Notes under the pieces: model-generated
Database searches by the model: none
The model's input: the letters and a program-made list of their open reading frames with translations, nothing else
What the model was told of the DNA's origin: nothing
Origin: Eledone cirrhosa
Lineage: Eukaryota
Assembly: GCA_964016885.1 (NCBI GenBank)
Contig: OZ024740.1
Coordinates: 19,034,001-19,098,000, forward strand
DNA: 64,000 nucleotides
Direction: 5' to 3'
Part shown: piece by piece, positions 59,679 through 64,000 of the stretch
How the letters are laid out: each line of letters begins with the position of its first letter
Position numbering within the stretch: the first letter of the stretch is position 1
Program-made: the position numbers and the translations under genes

Positions 59679-61951
59679 AGTTCTGCTTAAATTTCTATAG
59701 AAATTCTTGACTGTGAATCTACATTTTTATACCAATTTGTAGAGGGACTGCCAAGTCAAATTTTGATCTGGTCTGTCTCTCAAAATATTATACGTCTTTA
59801 GGGGAAATAGTTTATGAAAAAAAAAATAGGGGGAAAAAACTAACGTCTTATAAAATAATGGCTGAAGCAACAACTTCTTCACCAACACTCGAAGGAGGAA
59901 AAGGGAAGATATGCTTACAGCTTCCCCCTTCCACTGTCATAGTAGCAGATGTCTCAGACAAAGGTCAGAGAGAAGAAGGATTTTTTTTCACCTGCTGACC
60001 GACAATTTGACGTTACCATGGCAACAAACCAAAACCAAAAGTGTGAAACAATGAACAAAAACAACAAAACCGGCACCACCAGCAACAACAACAATGCTAC
60101 GAACGAAAACAGTACCAACAACAACCAAGACAACAACAATAACAAGAACAACAAAAACGACAACTCCAGCACAAACGAAAGCAACCAAACACACCGAAAA
60201 AAAAAAACGTTTGCAAAAAGCCTTACCAAAGAGACAGAGTTTATAGAGATAGATCTGTCAAACCAAGCGCTGCGCAACATATAACTTTCGAAGGTAACGG
60301 CTTTCGAATAAGAACCCTACCGGAAATTAGGGCCGCGACCTTAAGAAAAACAATTTTCTTCCGGACGATCTGCTCACAAACCAAGAAACCTATGGCTTTA
60401 AACAATAGCACGGCTGAAATCACACTAAAGGAGGCAATGCCAGACATCGCTTACCTCTAGAGGGCCAAGCAGTACGGGAGCATCTCGGTGTTCTTTAAAA
60501 GCGAGGCCCTCGCCCAGAAATATTCGGTGGCTCCAATTAGAATGAGCCAACACATCTTCTTCCCAACATACATGGGAAGAAGAACCCATAAAATCAGGAT
60601 CTCCCAGATCCCACTGAACACCAACATTTGGTGGATCCTGGGTGGTTTGTTGTAGGAGGGTGAAGACAACCTCCTCTCTGTAAATAAATCAATCCGACAG
60701 AACTGGAACGGGACCACAATGGAGCTTTTGGTTCAAATCAAACCGGAGAGGATTGAAAAAATACCGGAAAGGGTGCTGGAGGATGATAACCATGTTGTCC
60801 ACATCGCAGGAAAGGGTGCCGGAGGATGACAACCATGTTGTCCACGTCGCAGTGAAGGGCAAAAGACCACAATGTTTCAAATGTGGAAACAAATCACATT
60901 TAAAAGCATTTTTCCCAATGCTGGATGTGGAAAAACAAAAGAAGGCGTTGTTGCCAACCCCAAAACTACAACAGACACATCCGAATGGATCCCACAATAC
61001 AAACGGAAGGGAAAACCTTCCCCACCAACGACCCACCCCAAACCTCAATCAGCGGAGACTCCACTTCGACATTCTATAGGGGATTAGTGGAGGATAAGTG
61101 CGACGACGTTCTCGGGGAAACTCTAGGTATCGAGGAGGACGAACTGACCAGTCTGTTCGGGAGGACTTTCCGTCCAGAGCTTATGGATAACTTCCAGAGG
61201 TCTCTGGCCTGGCAGTGCTACCGAGGAGCTCTACCAGTTCGACAACAAAATCTACAGGCACGGAAACCCTGGCAGAGATCCTGCCAAAAGGACCTGTTCA
61301 AGATGCGAGCAGGACATCGAAACCGTTCTGCACGCAATTGTTCAGTGCCCAGGGGTGACCGACCTGTGAAATTATGTCGAACAGCTACTGTCACGTGTGG
61401 GACGCATCCAGTTGTCAGCTGAGTCCATCGTGAGGATCACCCCGCCGCCTTCATTTAAGAACCAAAGAGAGGCGGTTTTCCCCTGTCTGGTGGCTATAGG
61501 GAAAGAGGTAATATGGTGGACGAGGTTAAAAGGACTGAGGGCAAACACCTTTCTCTCCGGACAACAACTTATCCCCTTCTTTAAGTACCACTTCAGAAGG
61601 AAGGTGAGAGTGGAGAGAGAGGTGCTACACCCCAGTAAATTCGCTGAAAGGTGGGTGAATGTGGCGAAAATGGCCCGAGTGAATGGGCTTTCTCTGTATA
61701 TAAACCTGTAGGTTGAGGAAGATAAACAGAGGGAAGACAGAAACACCTACAAAACGTGTTCCTGGAGTTGAGGGTTGTTCTATCCACGGGGTGTAAAACA
61801 ACCCTGCAGTAACGTTGGGGATTTCAATTGTTATTTTATTATACATAGTTTATTCTTATTTATTAATATTAAAGTTATTTTAATGTAAAACCCCCGCCGT
61901 CACGTTTTGTAATGTCCCATTTTTGTACGCCCCTGTGGCAAATAAAGAAAG
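59679..61951 (+). mobile_element. Tx1-clade LINE: 5' UTR and ORF1 joined to the ORF2 C-terminus (copy n)
   Basis: 5' UTR and MAEA start (59859) like copy e, CFKCGNKSHL knuckle, junction at about 61047, stop at 61711, AATAAAGAAA then ATCT. Confidence 0.87.
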
Positions 61952-62096
61952 ATATCTATCTATCTATCTATTTATCTATCTATTTACCTATCTATCTATC
62001 TATGTGTCTATCTATCTATGTATCATTCTATCTATCTATATGTCTGTCTGTCTGTCTGTATGTATGTCTGTCTGTCTTCTATCTATCTATCTATTT
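61952..62096. repeat. (ATCT)n/(GTCT)n microsatellite
   Basis: Directly visible. Confidence 0.93.
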
Positions 62097-62336
62097 AGAC
62101 TTACAACAATCTGCAACATCGAAACTCTGTATGGGAACGTCAAATATTCCACGCTTTGTTTTTCGATATAAGAAGCGATATCATCAAACAAAAGCGTTTT
62201 CCTGGTGTTCGTTATAATGCTGGTATTGGTATCGTAAATAGTAATGAATGTCTTACCGGACTCTAAGTACGACAAGGCTCCTCCTCATAGTCTTGTGCTT
62301 CTGTTTAACCAGCACTCTGCCTCCCAACCACATAAT

Positions 62337-62522
62337 TGTTTCTACTTTTGGCACAAGGCCAGCAATTACGCAGTACATTACTGGTACTTTATTTTATCGA
62401 CCCCGTAAGGATGAAAGGCAAAGTTAACCTCGGCTGGATTTGAACTCAGAATGGCAAGGGCCGTAACTCTATGCGTCAAAGCATGGCCTCCAACCCTCTA
62501 CCGATACTGCCAATTCACCGCC
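62337..62522 (-). mobile_element. Complete tRNA-derived SINE
   Basis: Reverse complement has TGGCAGTATCGG, GTTCAAATCC and ends TGGCCTTGTGCCAAAAGTAGAAACAATTAT. Confidence 0.9.
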
Positions 62523-62784
62523 CTAGTCTTACCTAATAATAATTTTCTAGTGGGATCTGCCCCTTGGGCTGTATTCGGGGTAAACATTATCCTCCCCTAT
62601 GTCAGATTTTGTAGGGTGTATTTTAACCACAATGGTACCTGGCTGAACGTCATACCCTCGCGGACCCTCGGGATCTGCGAGCAACACAAATACCCTTACT
62701 GTTCCATGATAGACTGTTTCGGAGGTTTTCATTCCCTGTCATGTACCCTCAACACTTTGAAAAACTTAGTTCCCCTGCTATAAT

Positions 62785-64000
62785 ATCGTTGTCTTCCTTT
62801 GTTCCTCATATCATTGTGTTCTTAATATCATTGTGTTCCTCACACCGCTGTGTTCCTCGTATCGTTGTGTTCCTCACGTTGTGTTCCTCACGTTGTGTTC
62901 CTCACGTTGTGTTCCTCACGTTGTGTTCTTCACGTTGTGTTCTTCACGTTGTGTTCCTCACGTTGTGTTCTTAATATCGTTGTGTTCCTCACACCGTTGT
63001 GTTCCTCGTATCGTTGTGTTCCTCGCGTTGTGTTCCTCACGTTGTGTTCCTCACGTTGTGTTCCTCACGTTGTGTTCCTCACGTTGTGTTCTTCACGTTG
63101 TGTTCCTCACGCTGTGTTCCTCACATCGTTGTGTTCCTCACACCGTTGTGTTCCTCGTATCGTTGTGTTCCTCGCGTTGTGTTCCTCACGTTGTGTTCCT
63201 CACGTTGTGTTCCTCACGTTGTGTTCTTCACGTTGTGTTCTTCACGTTGTGTTCTTCACGTTGTGTTCCTCACGTTGTGTTCCTCACATCGTTGTGTTCC
63301 TCACACCGTTGTGTTCCTCGTATCGTTGTGTTCCTCGCGTTGTGTTCCTCACGTTGTGTTCCTCACGTTGTGTTCCTCACGTTGTGTTCCTCACGTTGTG
63401 TTCTTCACGTTGTGTTCCTCACGTTGTGTTCCTCACATCGTTGTGTTCCTCACACCGTTGTGTTCCTCGTATCGTTGTGTTCCTCGCGTTGTGTTCCTCA
63501 CGTTGTGTTCCTCACGTTGTGTTCCTCACGTTGTGTTCTTCACGTTGTGTTCTTCACGTTGTGTTCTTCACGTTGTGTTCCTCACATCGTTGTGTTCCTC
63601 ACACCGTTGTGTTCCTCGTATCGTTGTGTTCCTCGCGTTGTGTTCCTCACGTTGTGTTCCTCACGTTGTGTTCCTCACATCGTTGTGTTCCTCACACCGC
63701 TGTGCTCCTCGCGTTGTATTCCTTTGTTCCTCACATCGTTTTTTTTTAAATATCGTTGTGTTCCTCACACCGCTGTGTTCTTCACGTTGTGTTCCTCACA
63801 TAGTTGTGTTCCTCATATGGTTGTGTTCCTCGTATCGTTGTGTTCCTCACGTTGTGTTCCTCATATGGTTGTGTTCCTCACATCGTTGTGTTCCTCACAT
63901 CGTTGTGTTCCTCACATCGTTGTGTTCCTCGCGTTGTGTTCCTCACTTGTTGTGTTCCTCACATCGTTGTGTTCCTCACATCGTTTTGTTCCTCACATCG
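62785..64000. repeat. 14/17-bp minisatellite (cacgttgtgttcct / cacatcgttgtgttcct) with higher-order structure
   Basis: Directly visible; runs off the end of the window. Confidence 0.95.

Noticed and set aside
62547-62732. Another Tx1 ORF1 fragment or a host exon
   Set aside because: Only a weak YHGTVRV resemblance, and no convincing splice sites in the host orientation.

Overview
This is eukaryotic genomic DNA, probably from an octopod cephalopod (inferred from the tRNA-type SINE and RTE tails). The window lies inside one + strand host gene. Three short GT-AG exons (16560-16756, 26460-26633, 51440-51645) splice in frame into a coiled-coil protein resembling CFAP210/CCDC173. The introns are packed with mostly decayed non-LTR retrotransposons: about 13 L1/Tx1-clade copies (ORF1 zinc knuckle; ORF2 APE-RT), three R4/Dong-like RT-RLE copies, RTE and CRE-like fragments, a tRNA-derived SINE, and micro- and minisatellites. 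Three patterns stand out. (1) The SINE shares an exactly spaced 3' signature (4-bp stem, CTTGT loop, N5, AGAAA, N, AATTAT) and an ATTAT target with the (ATT)n-flanked Tx1 family, suggesting a SINE-Tx1 partnership. (2) In all five Tx1 copies with an ORF1/ORF2 boundary the ORF1 stop reads AG(G/A)-TA(A/G)-GT, a 5' splice-site match in four, and the ORF2 stop of the main group sits in an acceptor-like context, suggesting ORF2 can be spliced out. (3) The element families are sorted by microsatellite: ATCT/ACCT, ATT, TAA and ATG. All family assignments come from reading motifs, not from database searches.
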